64,000 nucleotides of DNA from an uncultured bacterium (GCA_963732385.1 CAVSZB010000008.1:128001-192000), one strand, 5' to 3'; numbered from the stretch's first letter, positions 29,136-39,422 are shown. Made by a program: numbers and translations. Notes: a model not told the origin generated them from the sequence alone.

Positions 29136-30674
29136 ATGCCCGGTACCAAACGACCGTGCGGCGCGGTCCTCGCCGCTCTCGCCCTGCTGCTGGCGGCCGT
29201 TCCCGCGCTGGCGGGCGACTACCGCGACCTGGAGAACCAGGTGGAGGAGTTCAGCCTGCCCAACGGCCTGCACTTTCTGGTGCTGCGTCGCCCCGAAGTG
29301 CCGGTCTTCTCGTTCAACACCTATGTGGACGCCGGCAGCGTGAACGAGGTGCAGGGGATCACCGGTCTTGCGCACATCCTCGAACATATGGCGTTCAAGG
29401 GGACGCCGGAGATCGGCACCTCCGATGCCAAAGCGGAAGCAAAGGCGATGGCGGCGGAGGATGCCGCTTTCGCCGCGCTGCGCGTCGAGCGGATGCGCGG
29501 GGCGCTGGTAGACTCGACACGCCTGCGCGAACTGGAGCAGGTCTTCGCCGACGCCCGCGACGCCGCGCGCAAGTTCGTCGTGAGCAACGAATTCGGGCAG
29601 ATCGTCGAGCACAACGGCGGCGTGGGTCTGAACGCCTCCACTGGCGCCGACGCCACCAATTACTACTACAGCCTGCCGGCCAACCGCCTCGAGTTGTGGG
29701 CCTATCTCGAGAGTTCCCGCATGGCCCACCCGGTCATGCGCGAGTTCTACACGGAGAAGGACGGCCCGGTCACCGAAGAACGGCGCATGCGCACGGACAA
29801 CAGCCCGATCGGCATGCTGGTCGAACAGTTCCAGAACCTGGCCTTCAGCGCGCATCCCTACCAGCACGCCACGATCGGCTACATGTCGGATCTGAATTCG
29901 ATCTCCCGCGCCGACTGCGAGGCGTTCTATCGCGCGAATTATGTCGGCAACAACATGGCCGTGTCCGTCGTGGGGGACGTGGACCGCGCCGAGGTGGAGC
30001 GGCTGGCGCGCCGGTATTTCAGCCAGGTGCCGGGCCCATGTCCGGTGCCCGAGGTCGTGACGGTCGAGCCGGTCCAGAAGGGTGAGAAGCGGCTGGTCGT
30101 GGAGCACTCCGCGCAGCCGTTCATCTTCATCGGGTTCCACAAGGGCGGCGCCAACGATCCGGACGATTCGGTGTATGACGCCGTGGCCAGCATCCTGGGC
30201 CAGGGGCGCTCGAGTCGTCTCTTCAAGGCGCTGGTGAAGGAGCAGAAGCTGGCGGTCCAGGCGATGTCGTTCGCCGGATTCCCCGGCACGAAGTACCCGG
30301 ACCTGATGCTGCTGATCGCCGTGCCGGCCAAGGACGTCACGGCGGCGCAGTGCGAGACGGCCATGCTGGCCGAAATCGACCGGATGGTGGCGGACGGTGT
30401 CACCGCGGACGAGCTGGCCGGCGTGAAGGCCCGCGCGCGCGCCGATTTCATCCGCTCGCTGCAGAGCAACCAGGGTCTCGCGAACCAGCTCAATTCCTAC
30501 CAGATGCTCACCGGCGACTGGCGCAACATGTTCCGCCAGGTCGACAAGATCGACGCCGTGACCCTTGAGGATGTCCGGCGCGTGTCGCGCGAACTCTTCA
30601 AGGTCAGCAATCGCACGGTCGCGGCCATCGAGACGGCCAGGAGCGGGGACAAGGCCAAAGGCTCGGCGAACTGA
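29136..30674 (+). CDS. Exported M16 (insulinase/pitrilysin) zinc peptidase, catalytic subunit
   Basis: Signal peptide; GLAHILEHMAFKG (HXXEH), NAST, EERRMR; GGAGG RBS. Confidence 0.93.
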   Translation: MPGTKRPCGAVLAALALLLAAVPALAGDYRDLENQVEEFSLPNGLHFLVLRRPEVPVFSFNTYVDAGSVNEVQGITGLAHILEHMAFKGTPEIGTSDAKAEAKAMAAEDAAFAALRVERMRGALVDSTRLRELEQVFADARDAARKFVVSNEFGQIVEHNGGVGLNASTGADATNYYYSLPANRLELWAYLESSRMAHPVMREFYTEKDGPVTEERRMRTDNSPIGMLVEQFQNLAFSAHPYQHATIGYMSDLNSISRADCEAFYRANYVGNNMAVSVVGDVDRAEVERLARRYFSQVPGPCPVPEVVTVEPVQKGEKRLVVEHSAQPFIFIGFHKGGANDPDDSVYDAVASILGQGRSSRLFKALVKEQKLAVQAMSFAGFPGTKYPDLMLLIAVPAKDVTAAQCETAMLAEIDRMVADGVTADELAGVKARARADFIRSLQSNQGLANQLNSYQMLTGDWRNMFRQVDKIDAVTLEDVRRVSRELFKVSNRTVAAIETARSGDKAKGSAN

Positions 30675-30716
30675 CGTCGGCCGGGCCGCCGCGCGCGGCC
30701 GGAGAGGAATCACGAG

Positions 30717-32852
30717 ATGAATCGCAACCGGATGACCCTGGGGAGCCTGCTGCTGATCACCCTCTGTATCGCTGCCGCCGCGCCGGCGGATGCGGGCAGG
30801 GGGGGGGCGCGGCCGTGGGAAAAATTCAAACTGGCGCCTCTGGGCGAGGTGCAGATTCCGGTCTACGAGCGCATCGTGCTGGCCAACGGCATGGTGCTCT
30901 ACATGGTCGAGGACCACACGTTTCCGCTCATCGAAATGTCGGCCACGATCCGCGCCGGCGCGCTCTATGAACCGGCGGAGAAGATCGGGCTGGCCGATAT
31001 CACCGGCAGCGTCATGCGCACCGGCGGCACGCCGTCGTGGTCGGGCGACGCCATCGACGAGGCGCTCGAGGCGATGGGCGCCGAAGTCGAGACCTACATC
31101 GGCGACGAGTCCGGCGGCGCCTATCTTTCGGCCCTCAGCAGCGATTTCGACCAGGCGCTCGCCATCCTGGCGGAAGTGCTGGCCGCGCCCCGTTTTGACC
31201 AGGTCAAGATCGACCTCGCGAAGAAGGAGCAGACCTCGGGGATCGCGCGGCGCAACGACGATCCCATGACCATCGCGCGGCGTGAGTTCGCACGCATCAT
31301 CTATGGCGCTGATCACCCGCTCGGCCGCCTGACCGAGTACGAGACGATCAACGCCATCAGTCGCGACGATCTGGTGAAGTTCCACCGCGATCACGTCGGC
31401 CCCGACCGCACCTACATGGTGGTCATTGGCGATTTCCAGCCGGCCACGATGAAGGCGAAGCTCGAGCAGGCGTTCGCCGGCTGGGCCCGGGCGGCCGTCC
31501 CGCTGCCGGCCGATCCCGTCATCCCCGAGTTCCCGGCGACCGTGAACATCGTCGACAAATCCGACCTCACGCAGTCGACGGTGCTGCTCGGACACCTGGG
31601 CATCCGCGCCAGCGATCCCTCGTACGCGGGCCTCCAGGTCGCCAACCGGATCCTGGGCGGAGGCTTCGCCTCGCGGCTGTTCGTCGAAGTGCGCAGCAAC
31701 CGCGGCTATGCCTACTCCACGGGCAGCCAGTCCGGCACCGGCTGGCGTTTCCCGGGCGTGTTCGTGGCATTCGTCGGCACGAAGTCGGGCTCCACGCAGG
31801 ACGCCACGCAGGTGATCATCGACCAGATCCGGCGCATGACGACGGAGCCGGTCACCCCGGAGGAGCTGCAGCGCGCGAAGGACAGCATCCTCAACGCCGA
31901 GGTGTTCAACTTCGACACGAAGCGCAAGATCCTCGACCGCGTGGTGCTCTACGAAATGTACGGGTACCCGGCCGACTTCCTGCAGAAGTACATGGCGGCG
32001 GTGAAGGCGATGACGCCGGCGCAGGTTCTGGCTGCGTGTCGCGCCGTCTGGAAGCCGGAGAACCTCTCCATCCTGGCCGTGGGCAATCCCGCGGACTGGG
32101 ACGGCGACCTGACCGTGTTCGGACCGGTCAACAGGGTGGACATCACGATTCCCGAGCCGAAGATCGCCTTCAGCGTGCCGGCCGCTACTCCCGGGTCTCT
32201 CGCGAGGGGGCAGGAGCTGCTCGCGAAGGCGGCCGGCGCGATCGGCGCGAAGCCGCTCGCCGGTCTGAAGGGGTGGCATCGCAGCCAGAAGCTGTCGGCC
32301 ACGATCCAGGGTATGGCGCTCGACTTTGGCATGGAGGATACGGCAGTCCTGCCGGACCGGATGCGGATCGTTCAGACGACACCGTTTGGCACCATGACCC
32401 AGGTGATCAATGGCCAGGGCGGCTGGGCCGAGTCTCCCAACGGGCGGAAGGTCATCGGGGCCGAGGAGGCCGCGAAGGCGCGCGAGACGATGGAGACCGA
32501 GATGCTGCGCGTCCTGCGCGACCGGGCGTTGCTCACCTGCCAGGCCCTCGATCCGGCGCAGGTCGACGGGCGGATGTACGAGCGGGTCTACGTGACCGGC
32601 GCTGGCGGGGACTACCTGCTCTACTATCTCGACCCGGCCACCGGACTGCCGGCGATCGAGGAGACGAAGGCGCAGTCGATGGTGACGGGGGCGCCGGTCA
32701 CGCAGCAGACGGTGTATGGCGAGTACGGGGTCTTCGGTGGCCTGAAGCTCGCGAAGACTGTCACCATCAAGCACGATGGCGAGGTGTTCGCCACCGGATC
32801 GCTCGAATCGTTCGAGGCGAATCCGGCGGTCACGGCCGAGACCTTCAAGTAG
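30717..32852 (+). CDS. Exported M16 peptidase non-catalytic partner subunit with a C-terminal extension
   Basis: LANG...VEDH start, no HXXEH, ILGGGFASRL.VEVR..RGYAY; extra beta-rich tail of about 230 aa. Confidence 0.87.
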   Translation: MNRNRMTLGSLLLITLCIAAAAPADAGRGGARPWEKFKLAPLGEVQIPVYERIVLANGMVLYMVEDHTFPLIEMSATIRAGALYEPAEKIGLADITGSVMRTGGTPSWSGDAIDEALEAMGAEVETYIGDESGGAYLSALSSDFDQALAILAEVLAAPRFDQVKIDLAKKEQTSGIARRNDDPMTIARREFARIIYGADHPLGRLTEYETINAISRDDLVKFHRDHVGPDRTYMVVIGDFQPATMKAKLEQAFAGWARAAVPLPADPVIPEFPATVNIVDKSDLTQSTVLLGHLGIRASDPSYAGLQVANRILGGGFASRLFVEVRSNRGYAYSTGSQSGTGWRFPGVFVAFVGTKSGSTQDATQVIIDQIRRMTTEPVTPEELQRAKDSILNAEVFNFDTKRKILDRVVLYEMYGYPADFLQKYMAAVKAMTPAQVLAACRAVWKPENLSILAVGNPADWDGDLTVFGPVNRVDITIPEPKIAFSVPAATPGSLARGQELLAKAAGAIGAKPLAGLKGWHRSQKLSATIQGMALDFGMEDTAVLPDRMRIVQTTPFGTMTQVINGQGGWAESPNGRKVIGAEEAAKARETMETEMLRVLRDRALLTCQALDPAQVDGRMYERVYVTGAGGDYLLYYLDPATGLPAIEETKAQSMVTGAPVTQQTVYGEYGVFGGLKLAKTVTIKHDGEVFATGSLESFEANPAVTAETFK

Positions 32853-32922
32853 GAATCATGGCCCGGAGGGGAGCGGCTCCGCAGGGGGCCGCGCTCATTT
32901 CAGCGGTGCGGCATCACTGCGA

Positions 32923-32951
32923 TTGACCGGGCGGAGATGGAGTGGTAGCCT
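32923..32951 (+). promoter_or_regulatory. Putative sigma-70 promoter
   Basis: TTGACC-N17-TAGCCT with an extended -10 TG. Confidence 0.5.
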
Positions 32952-33154
32952 AGATTCGCGCGGGCGCCTGAGGCGCCCGCGCGATCGGAAAGATGGGCCG
33001 CTTCACGGTCACCGAGGGCAATCCAAGGTTGCGCCGCCTTGAGCTCGAGTCCTGGGTCGTCACCTATGAAGCAGCCTGGGTATATTGTATCATATTTCAC
33101 GATACTTTTCCTGAATTATTGATAGAACGGTATAATCTCCGCTTTAGCGATCGT

Positions 33155-34837
33155 ATGCTGGATGCTCTGCGTCGTGGCAACAGACCGGCGTCGCTAGTGC
33201 GTATGGGGCTTTGCGCCGGTGCTGCGGTCCTGCTGGTCGCGTTCCTGCTGGTCGTTCCGGCTCTGGCGGGGCCCCCCTCGACCCCTTCGTCCAATTCCTC
33301 CTGCGTCGAGCCCGACCTGCGCGATGTGCCGTGGACGGTGTTGCGACGGCTCACGCTCACTGCCGGTCTCGCCGGGCCCTCCTTCGGCCCTCTGGCGCGT
33401 TCGGAGCTGACGGCGTTGTTGCGCGCGGCCGGGCCGGCGCTTGACGATCCCGACGAGCGCGCCATCGTGGCGCGGTTGCTGGTCGCCTGGACCGACCCGG
33501 ACGACACACGGTCGCTGCGGGTCGGAACGCGTTTGCGTCTGGCGCAGAGCGATCTCGGTACGGTCGCCACGGGTGAGGCGGGACTCGCGAACCCCCCCGG
33601 GCTGTCACTCGGTCTCGAACCAGCGTTGTCTGGCGCCGCGGGCCGGTGGTGGGGTGCGGTGACGCCGCGTCTGACCGGCCGCCTCGCCGCGACCGGACGG
33701 ATTCCGCCCGCGTCACTACTCTACGCCGACTGGCCTCTCGCCACGGGCGCGCCGGTGTGGCGTGATGCGCGGCTCGCGGGCGATGCCTGGCGCCTGACGT
33801 GGCCGCGCGCCGTGGCCGGGGTGCGGCTCGGGGGTTGGGCACTCTCACTCGGCTGGAGTCCGGCGCGCGACGGTCCGGGCGAGGGGGGAGGGCTGCTCCT
33901 GGACGCGACCGGTCCCGCGTTTCCGGCGCTGACGCTGCGGCGCGCGGCGCCGTTGGTCTGGCGCGGGCCGCTCCGACCGTTCGCGCCCGACGCCCTGCTC
34001 GTGCGCTTGGGGCGGGTCTCGGAGCAGACGGTGAGGATCGGTGACGGCTGGTCGATCGACGAACCGCGCCGCGACGAACCGTGGTTCGGGCAGTGGCTGC
34101 TGGCGTGGACGCCCGTCCGCTGGCTGACTGCCGGAGCGTCGTTGAGCGCGCTGGCCCTGCCGCGCTCCGGATCGCTCCTGCCGGACCTCCTGCAGGTGGC
34201 GGTGCCGGTGCTCTCGACCACCCGCACGGAGATGGAAAGGGGTCCGGTCACCGACCGGCTGTTCGCCGTGAATCTCGAGGGGCGCTGGCGGCGGGCGCCG
34301 TGGCCGCTGTTGCCGTCCGCGGCAGGACGGGTCTACTGGGAGTACGCCGGCGAGGACTTCAATCCGCCCGGCGTCGTGCCGCTGTTGCCGCAGATATCGG
34401 CGCCGGCGTCGGTGGCCGGCTTGGAGCTGGTCGGGGCCCGCTGGGACCTGGCCGCGGAGTACACGGAGCTGGAGCATCCCCTGGTCCTGTGGTACGGCCA
34501 CGCTGTCATCACCGATGGCTACACCCACCGGGGTTGGCTGCTCGGTCATCCGCTCGGCGGCACGGGGGCGTCGTTCGCCGGGGCGCTGCGCTGGCGGCCG
34601 CGCCGCGCCGGCCTCGAACTGGCGTTGCGCGGCGAGCGCGCCACCGCCGGTCGTCGCGGGCTGACGCCGTCACACTCCGTGCGACGTACCTGGGAGCTCG
34701 ATCTGCGTCCCGCGCACGGATTGGGCGCCTGGGGTCTGGAGGTGGCGCGGGTGGAGGAGCGGGTCTCGCCGTACGCTCCCGACGCGGCCGGCGCACGCAC
34801 GGCATGGTGGCGGGCGGCAGTCGTGCTCCGGCGCTAG
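33155..34837 (+). CDS. Wzi-like (capsule assembly) outer-membrane protein; start uncertain (32993, 33155 or 33203)
   Basis: Signal peptide; beta-strand pattern; RVYWEYAGED and GYTHRGWLLGHPLGG resemble the Wzi family. Confidence 0.6.
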   Translation: MLDALRRGNRPASLVRMGLCAGAAVLLVAFLLVVPALAGPPSTPSSNSSCVEPDLRDVPWTVLRRLTLTAGLAGPSFGPLARSELTALLRAAGPALDDPDERAIVARLLVAWTDPDDTRSLRVGTRLRLAQSDLGTVATGEAGLANPPGLSLGLEPALSGAAGRWWGAVTPRLTGRLAATGRIPPASLLYADWPLATGAPVWRDARLAGDAWRLTWPRAVAGVRLGGWALSLGWSPARDGPGEGGGLLLDATGPAFPALTLRRAAPLVWRGPLRPFAPDALLVRLGRVSEQTVRIGDGWSIDEPRRDEPWFGQWLLAWTPVRWLTAGASLSALALPRSGSLLPDLLQVAVPVLSTTRTEMERGPVTDRLFAVNLEGRWRRAPWPLLPSAAGRVYWEYAGEDFNPPGVVPLLPQISAPASVAGLELVGARWDLAAEYTELEHPLVLWYGHAVITDGYTHRGWLLGHPLGGTGASFAGALRWRPRRAGLELALRGERATAGRRGLTPSHSVRRTWELDLRPAHGLGAWGLEVARVEERVSPYAPDAAGARTAWWRAAVVLRR

Positions 34838-34882
34838 ATTGGCGCCAGCCTTCGCCACGAGCGGAGGCGGAAGGAGATCGCC

Positions 34883-35452
34883 ATGCCGAAGCCGCCCCTG
34901 CTGCCCGTGCCGGACTGGACCGCCATCTTCGCGTCGGGCCGTCCCTTCGCCGCCTGGATCGGGGATGGTGAAGCGGAGGAGAACCGCCGCCGGATGGCAA
35001 CCGATGCCGAAACGCTGTCGCTGACGGCGGCGGACATGGCCCTGTTGCGGGACCTGCCGCGTCCCGTGCATGTGGTCGCGATCGCGGAGGACTGGTGCGG
35101 CGACGTAGTGCGGCATGTGCCGGTGCTCGAGCGGCTCGCCCGCGCCACCGACCGGCTGCGCGTGCGCTACATCGCCCGCGCCGACCACCCCGATCTTTTC
35201 GTCCGCTACCTCACGAACGGCGGCGAGGCCATCCCCAGGTTCATCTTCCTGAGCGACCGCTTCGCGGAATGCGGGAACTGGGGCCCGATGCCGGCCGGCT
35301 GCCGCGAACGGATCGCCCGTGGCAAGGCGTGCGCCGACGTGCCGGCGGCGCGACGGCTGGTGGCCGCGGCCTATGCCGCCGACCCGGGCCGGCGCGAGGT
35401 CGTCACGGAACTGCTGCACCTGGTCGGGATCGCCTCGGCAACGGCTCCGTGA
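34883..35452 (+). CDS. Thioredoxin-fold protein (single-Cys WCGD type)
   Basis: AEDWCGD, YLTNGGEAIP, WGP; AAGGAG RBS. Confidence 0.85.
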   Translation: MPKPPLLPVPDWTAIFASGRPFAAWIGDGEAEENRRRMATDAETLSLTAADMALLRDLPRPVHVVAIAEDWCGDVVRHVPVLERLARATDRLRVRYIARADHPDLFVRYLTNGGEAIPRFIFLSDRFAECGNWGPMPAGCRERIARGKACADVPAARRLVAAAYAADPGRREVVTELLHLVGIASATAP

Positions 35453-35479
35453 GGCGGGTGGCGCGCCGGTCGGGAGGAC

Positions 35480-36535
35480 TCAGCCCTCGCGCGAGCCGAA
35501 CGCCGTCACCTCGTTCCGGTTGCTGCCGAGGCGACGCAGCTGGAACTCGGCGCCGCTGTCGGCGAGCAGGCGTTTGAGCCGCTCCAGCCGTGGGTAGTCC
35601 TCCTCGCCCCGGAACTTGACGGTCACCACGAAGCGCCGGCACCACCTTTCCCGCAGCCACTGCGCGAGCAGTTCCATGGTCCGTTCCGGGAAAGCCACCA
35701 CATCCGACAGCAGCCAGTCCACGGGCCGGTCGGCCGGCGCGTAGCGGAAGGCGTCGCCACGCACGAAAGTCAGGCGGGGATGCGCCATCAGGTCGCTCCT
35801 AAGTGGTGCGCGGTCCACCGCCGTCACCGCGGCGCCGCGCGCGAGCGCCACGTGCGTCCACCCGCCCGGTGCCGCGCCCAGATCCACGACGACTTCACCC
35901 GCCGTCACGCGCCGCCCGAGATGCATCTCCGCCTCGAGCAGCTTCCGGTAGGCGCGCGAAGGCGGCGCCGGATCCTCCGGCGGCGACACCACGCCGCCGG
36001 GAAAACGGCTCAGGCAGCGGCGCCAGCGCAACCGCGCGGCCGGTGCGCTCGCCGCGAACCAGCCGTGCCGAGGGGTCAGCAGCGCGTACTGGACGAGCCA
36101 TTCGTCGGGTGCGAAGGGGAGCGCGGGGTCGCTGGTCAGGGCGGTGGCCAGGCGTCGGCGGCGTCGGCGCAGGCGGGCCAGCGTCTCCTGCGCGATCAGC
36201 GCGGCGCGCGCCGCCCGCACCGGCGAACCGGGCCATTCGACGCCGAAGACATGCAGCCGCCACGGCCCGTCGTGTTCCGCGAGCGTCTCCGCCACGCGCG
36301 CGGCGAGCGCGTCGGCGGCGAGCTTCACCGACAGCGCGGGCAACGGTTCCGGATCGGGCAGCACCTGGGCGGCGAACGCGAGCGCTGGCGATGCCGGCGT
36401 GTCGGGCACGGCCGAGGCCAGCACCCAGCCGCGATCGGGAATGCGTCGCTGCGCGCCGGGCAGGGTCCGGCCGATCTCCTCCGCCAGGATCGTCTCCCAG
36501 TCGGGGGCGCAGGCGGCAAGCAGGTTCGGCGTCAT
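35480..36535 (-). CDS. RlmM-like 23S rRNA ribose methyltransferase (FtsJ fold)
   Basis: PSRAYRKLLEA, VDLGAAPGGWT, AVD, GDAF, DWLLSD. Confidence 0.85.
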   Translation of the reverse strand: MTPNLLAACAPDWETILAEEIGRTLPGAQRRIPDRGWVLASAVPDTPASPALAFAAQVLPDPEPLPALSVKLAADALAARVAETLAEHDGPWRLHVFGVEWPGSPVRAARAALIAQETLARLRRRRRRLATALTSDPALPFAPDEWLVQYALLTPRHGWFAASAPAARLRWRRCLSRFPGGVVSPPEDPAPPSRAYRKLLEAEMHLGRRVTAGEVVVDLGAAPGGWTHVALARGAAVTAVDRAPLRSDLMAHPRLTFVRGDAFRYAPADRPVDWLLSDVVAFPERTMELLAQWLRERWCRRFVVTVKFRGEEDYPRLERLKRLLADSGAEFQLRRLGSNRNEVTAFGSREG

Positions 36536-36581
36536 GACGGGATAATAGGGGAGCGGCGCCGGCGCGGCGAGCACGCGCGCA

Positions 36582-38087
36582 TCATGGCGCGGGCGCGTCC
36601 GGCGCGGGCAGCGCCCGCACGATTGGTGCCCGGGCCATCTCCGGCACCCGCTCACGCACCGTCTCGATCGCCGCCGGCAGCGGCAGCCAGACGCCGGCGC
36701 GGCCCGACAGCCAGAGCAGTGCGCCGTTGTCGCTGAACAGCGGACCGGGTGGGAGCAGAGCCGCCTCCGCCACCGCGCGGGCGGTGAATGGCCGGGCGGC
36801 GATCGCCGCGCTGCGCGCCGATTCCCAGCCCGGCATCCGCGCCGGCGCGGCCAGTTGCACCACGAACGCCGCGCCCACGAGCGCGCCGGTCAGCCCCGCC
36901 GACGTCCAGGTCGGACGGCGGGCGCGCAGCCAACCCGCAGCGCCGAGCCAGATCTCCAGCCCGAGCACCGGCAGCAGCGGGGAAAGGTGGCGCAGGGAAT
37001 GCGACAGCGCGGCGTACTGCAGGACGAGCAGCCCCGTGGTGAGCAGCAGCAGGGCGAGGGGCGACGCGGTGCGGCGCGTGCCGACGCCCCCGCGGCGCGC
37101 GAGCAGCAGGCCCGCGGCGAGCCAGAGCGGCCAGGGCAGCCAGCGGCCGGCCCGGGCCGTGAAGTAGCGCACGCCGGTGGCGGTCTTGTGCATCAGCAGT
37201 GCGGGGTCGTGGCGGAGCGTGTCCAGGAACGGTTGCGGAGTGAGTTGCCGGTAGACATCCAGACCGGGCCAGGCCGGCGTCTCCTTCACCGCCTCGCCGT
37301 AGGTCTGCAGGGCGAAGAGCGGGTCGCCGGTCAGGCGGGCGTTCCGGAGGCCCCAGGGGGCGAGCAGCAGCAGCCAGACGGCCACAGTCGCCAGTGTCGT
37401 CCGCCGCGCGCGCAGCCGGCCACGCGCCGCCATCCAGAGCACGGGGAGCCACCAGAGATCCGCTCGCACCAGGGTTGTCGCGGCGGCGAGGGCGCCGTCG
37501 ATCATGGCGGACGACACGCCGGCGGTCGGAGTCGGCGATCGCGTCGCCGCTCCGGCGCCCTCCCGCAGACGCCACCAGAGCAGCGCCAGCAGCAGCGCGG
37601 TCGGGGTTTCGCTCTGGGCCCAGCCGGTCGTCATGGCGAGCAGGGGGCTCGCCATGAGCAGCGCGAGCCACGGCGCCGCCGCCTCAGGTCGTCCGGCCCG
37701 GCGCGCGGCGCGCACGCCGCAGGCGGCCAGCAGGGCGAGCAGGAAAAGGTGCATCAGTTGCGCGGCGAGCACCGCCGCCTCCCGATCGCCGCGCGCGGCG
37801 AGCACCGGGAGCGTCAGCAGAAGAGGATAGCCGGGCGGCCGGTGGATGAGCGGCTGGGGCACGCGAGCCGCGAACGGGAAGGCGAACGACAGCGGGTAGG
37901 CCAGGTCGCAGAGGAATCCCTCGCCCAGGACGAGGTGGCTCGCCACGCTGAGATTGTCGTAGAGGTCGGAGGTGGGCTCGGGGGGGACCGGAGGGTGGAT
38001 GACAGCCCAGACGCACCCGAACACCAGACCGGCGGCGAGCGGCCAGAGCCGATTCGCGCGCCGTGTTGCCGCGCCGGTCGGCGCCAT
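36582..38087 (-). CDS. Polytopic membrane protein, probable GT-C glycosyltransferase (ArnT/PMT-like)
   Basis: Many TM segments; D..D..SVA..LV.GEG, RPPGYPLLL, SE, PWGLRN. Confidence 0.6.
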   Translation of the reverse strand: MAPTGAATRRANRLWPLAAGLVFGCVWAVIHPPVPPEPTSDLYDNLSVASHLVLGEGFLCDLAYPLSFAFPFAARVPQPLIHRPPGYPLLLTLPVLAARGDREAAVLAAQLMHLFLLALLAACGVRAARRAGRPEAAAPWLALLMASPLLAMTTGWAQSETPTALLLALLWWRLREGAGAATRSPTPTAGVSSAMIDGALAAATTLVRADLWWLPVLWMAARGRLRARRTTLATVAVWLLLLAPWGLRNARLTGDPLFALQTYGEAVKETPAWPGLDVYRQLTPQPFLDTLRHDPALLMHKTATGVRYFTARAGRWLPWPLWLAAGLLLARRGGVGTRRTASPLALLLLTTGLLVLQYAALSHSLRHLSPLLPVLGLEIWLGAAGWLRARRPTWTSAGLTGALVGAAFVVQLAAPARMPGWESARSAAIAARPFTARAVAEAALLPPGPLFSDNGALLWLSGRAGVWLPLPAAIETVRERVPEMARAPIVRALPAPDAPAP

Positions 38088-38095
38088 GGGGCGCC

Positions 38096-38668
38096 TCAGC
38101 CGCCGCGGCTGCCGGGTTTGACCGGTGCCGAGCCGGCGGCGCAGAGCGGGCAGGCGTCGGCGGTCCAGGCCGCGACGCTGACCCGGGCCAGCGCGCGGAG
38201 CGGCACTGGCAGCCCGGCCGTGCCGCCGGTGCGATCGACCACCGCGGCCACTCCACTGACCACGCCGCCGGCCGCCTCGACCACGCGCGCCACTTCGAGC
38301 GACGAGGTGCCGCGAGTGACGACATCCTCCACGATCAGCGCCTTCTCGCCCCGCTCGATCGCGAAGCCCCGGCGCAGGGTCATCTCTCCCCCCTGCCGTT
38401 CGGTAAAGAGAAAGCGGCGGCCGAGCGCGCGCGCCACCTCGTGCCCGATCAGGATCCCGCCGAGCGCGGGCGAAACGACCACGTCGAGGTCGAGCGAGGC
38501 GTGCTGATCGGCCAGCATCCGGCCGAGTTCCCGCGCCAGCTCGGGGAACTGCAGCACGCGGGCGCACTGGAAGTATGTGTCGCTGTGCAGCCCGCTGCTG
38601 AGCAGGAAATGGCCGCGGTGCAGGGCTTCCAGTTCGGTCATCAGTTCGAGCAGTTCGTTTTCGGTCAT
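38096..38668 (-). CDS. pyrE: Orotate phosphoribosyltransferase
   Basis: GHFLLSSGLHS, LRRGF, IVEDVVTRGTS. Confidence 0.95.
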   Translation of the reverse strand: MTENELLELMTELEALHRGHFLLSSGLHSDTYFQCARVLQFPELARELGRMLADQHASLDLDVVVSPALGGILIGHEVARALGRRFLFTERQGGEMTLRRGFAIERGEKALIVEDVVTRGTSSLEVARVVEAAGGVVSGVAAVVDRTGGTAGLPVPLRALARVSVAAWTADACPLCAAGSAPVKPGSRGG

Positions 38669-38669
38669 G

Positions 38670-39422
38670 TCAGCGCTCCGGCAGTTCGGCCACGATTGCG
38701 CGCAGGGCGGCGGCCGGATCGGCCGCGCCCGTGATCGGGCGCCCCACGACGAGGAAATCGGCGCCGTCTGCGCAGGCGGCGGCCGGTGTGGCCACCCGCC
38801 GCTGGTCGTCTTCGCCTGCGGTCGCGGGGCGGATCCCCGGCGTGACCGCGAGCGGCGCCGCGCCGAGCGCCGCGCGGAGCCGCGGCAGATCGGGTGCGGC
38901 GCACACCAATCCGTCGCAGCCGCAGTCCCAGGCCAGACGCGCGAGGCGCACTACGCGCGCGGTGAGCGGTTCGGACGAGGGGGCGATCTCGTCCAGCTCC
39001 TCCGGTGCGAGGCTGGTCAGCACGGTTACCGCCAGCAGCGCCGGACGGGGTTCGCCGCCCCCCGACGCGGCCGCCAGCGCCTCGGCGGCCGCGGCCAGAC
39101 CGCGTCGGCCGGCCGCCGCGTGCACGGTCACGAAGGTGGCTCCGAGACGCGCGGCCACGCGGGCCGCGCCGGCGATCGTCTGCGGAATGTCGTGCCATTT
39201 GAGGTCGAGGAAGACCTCGCGCCCCTCGGCGCGCAGGCTCTCGATCACGGCCGGACCGGCCGCCGAGAACAGTTCGAGGCCGACCTTCACCAGCCGGCCG
39301 TCGGGTCCGAGGGAACGCGCAAGCGCGACGGCACGCGCGGCGTCGGGCACGTCGAGGGCAGTGATGACGCGCGCGCGCGACGGGCGGGCGCGCAGATCAG
39401 CCAGCAGTCGGGACCGGTCCAT
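38670..39422 (-). CDS. pyrF: Orotidine-5'-phosphate decarboxylase
   Basis: ALD, KVG, FLDLKWHDIP, VTVLTS, TPGIR, DDQRR, VVGRPI. Confidence 0.96.
   Translation of the reverse strand: MDRSRLLADLRARPSRARVITALDVPDAARAVALARSLGPDGRLVKVGLELFSAAGPAVIESLRAEGREVFLDLKWHDIPQTIAGAARVAARLGATFVTVHAAAGRRGLAAAAEALAAASGGGEPRPALLAVTVLTSLAPEELDEIAPSSEPLTARVVRLARLAWDCGCDGLVCAAPDLPRLRAALGAAPLAVTPGIRPATAGEDDQRRVATPAAACADGADFLVVGRPITGAADPAAALRAIVAELPER

Noticed and set aside
28632..32774. 1380-aa minus-strand ORF, and similar long antisense or alternate-frame ORFs (139-1413, 5222-7723, 16440-18698, 48435-51071, 59600-62887)
   Set aside because: Shadow frames of recognisable genes; stop codons are scarce at high GC and the translations have no motifs.
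32987..33065. Superficial resemblance to tRNA-Sec (GGAAAGATG start, CTTCA, CTCGAGTCC)
   Set aside because: No cloverleaf, no 7-nt UCA anticodon loop, no GTTCRA T-loop and no matching acceptor stem; kept only as an unknown structured RNA candidate.
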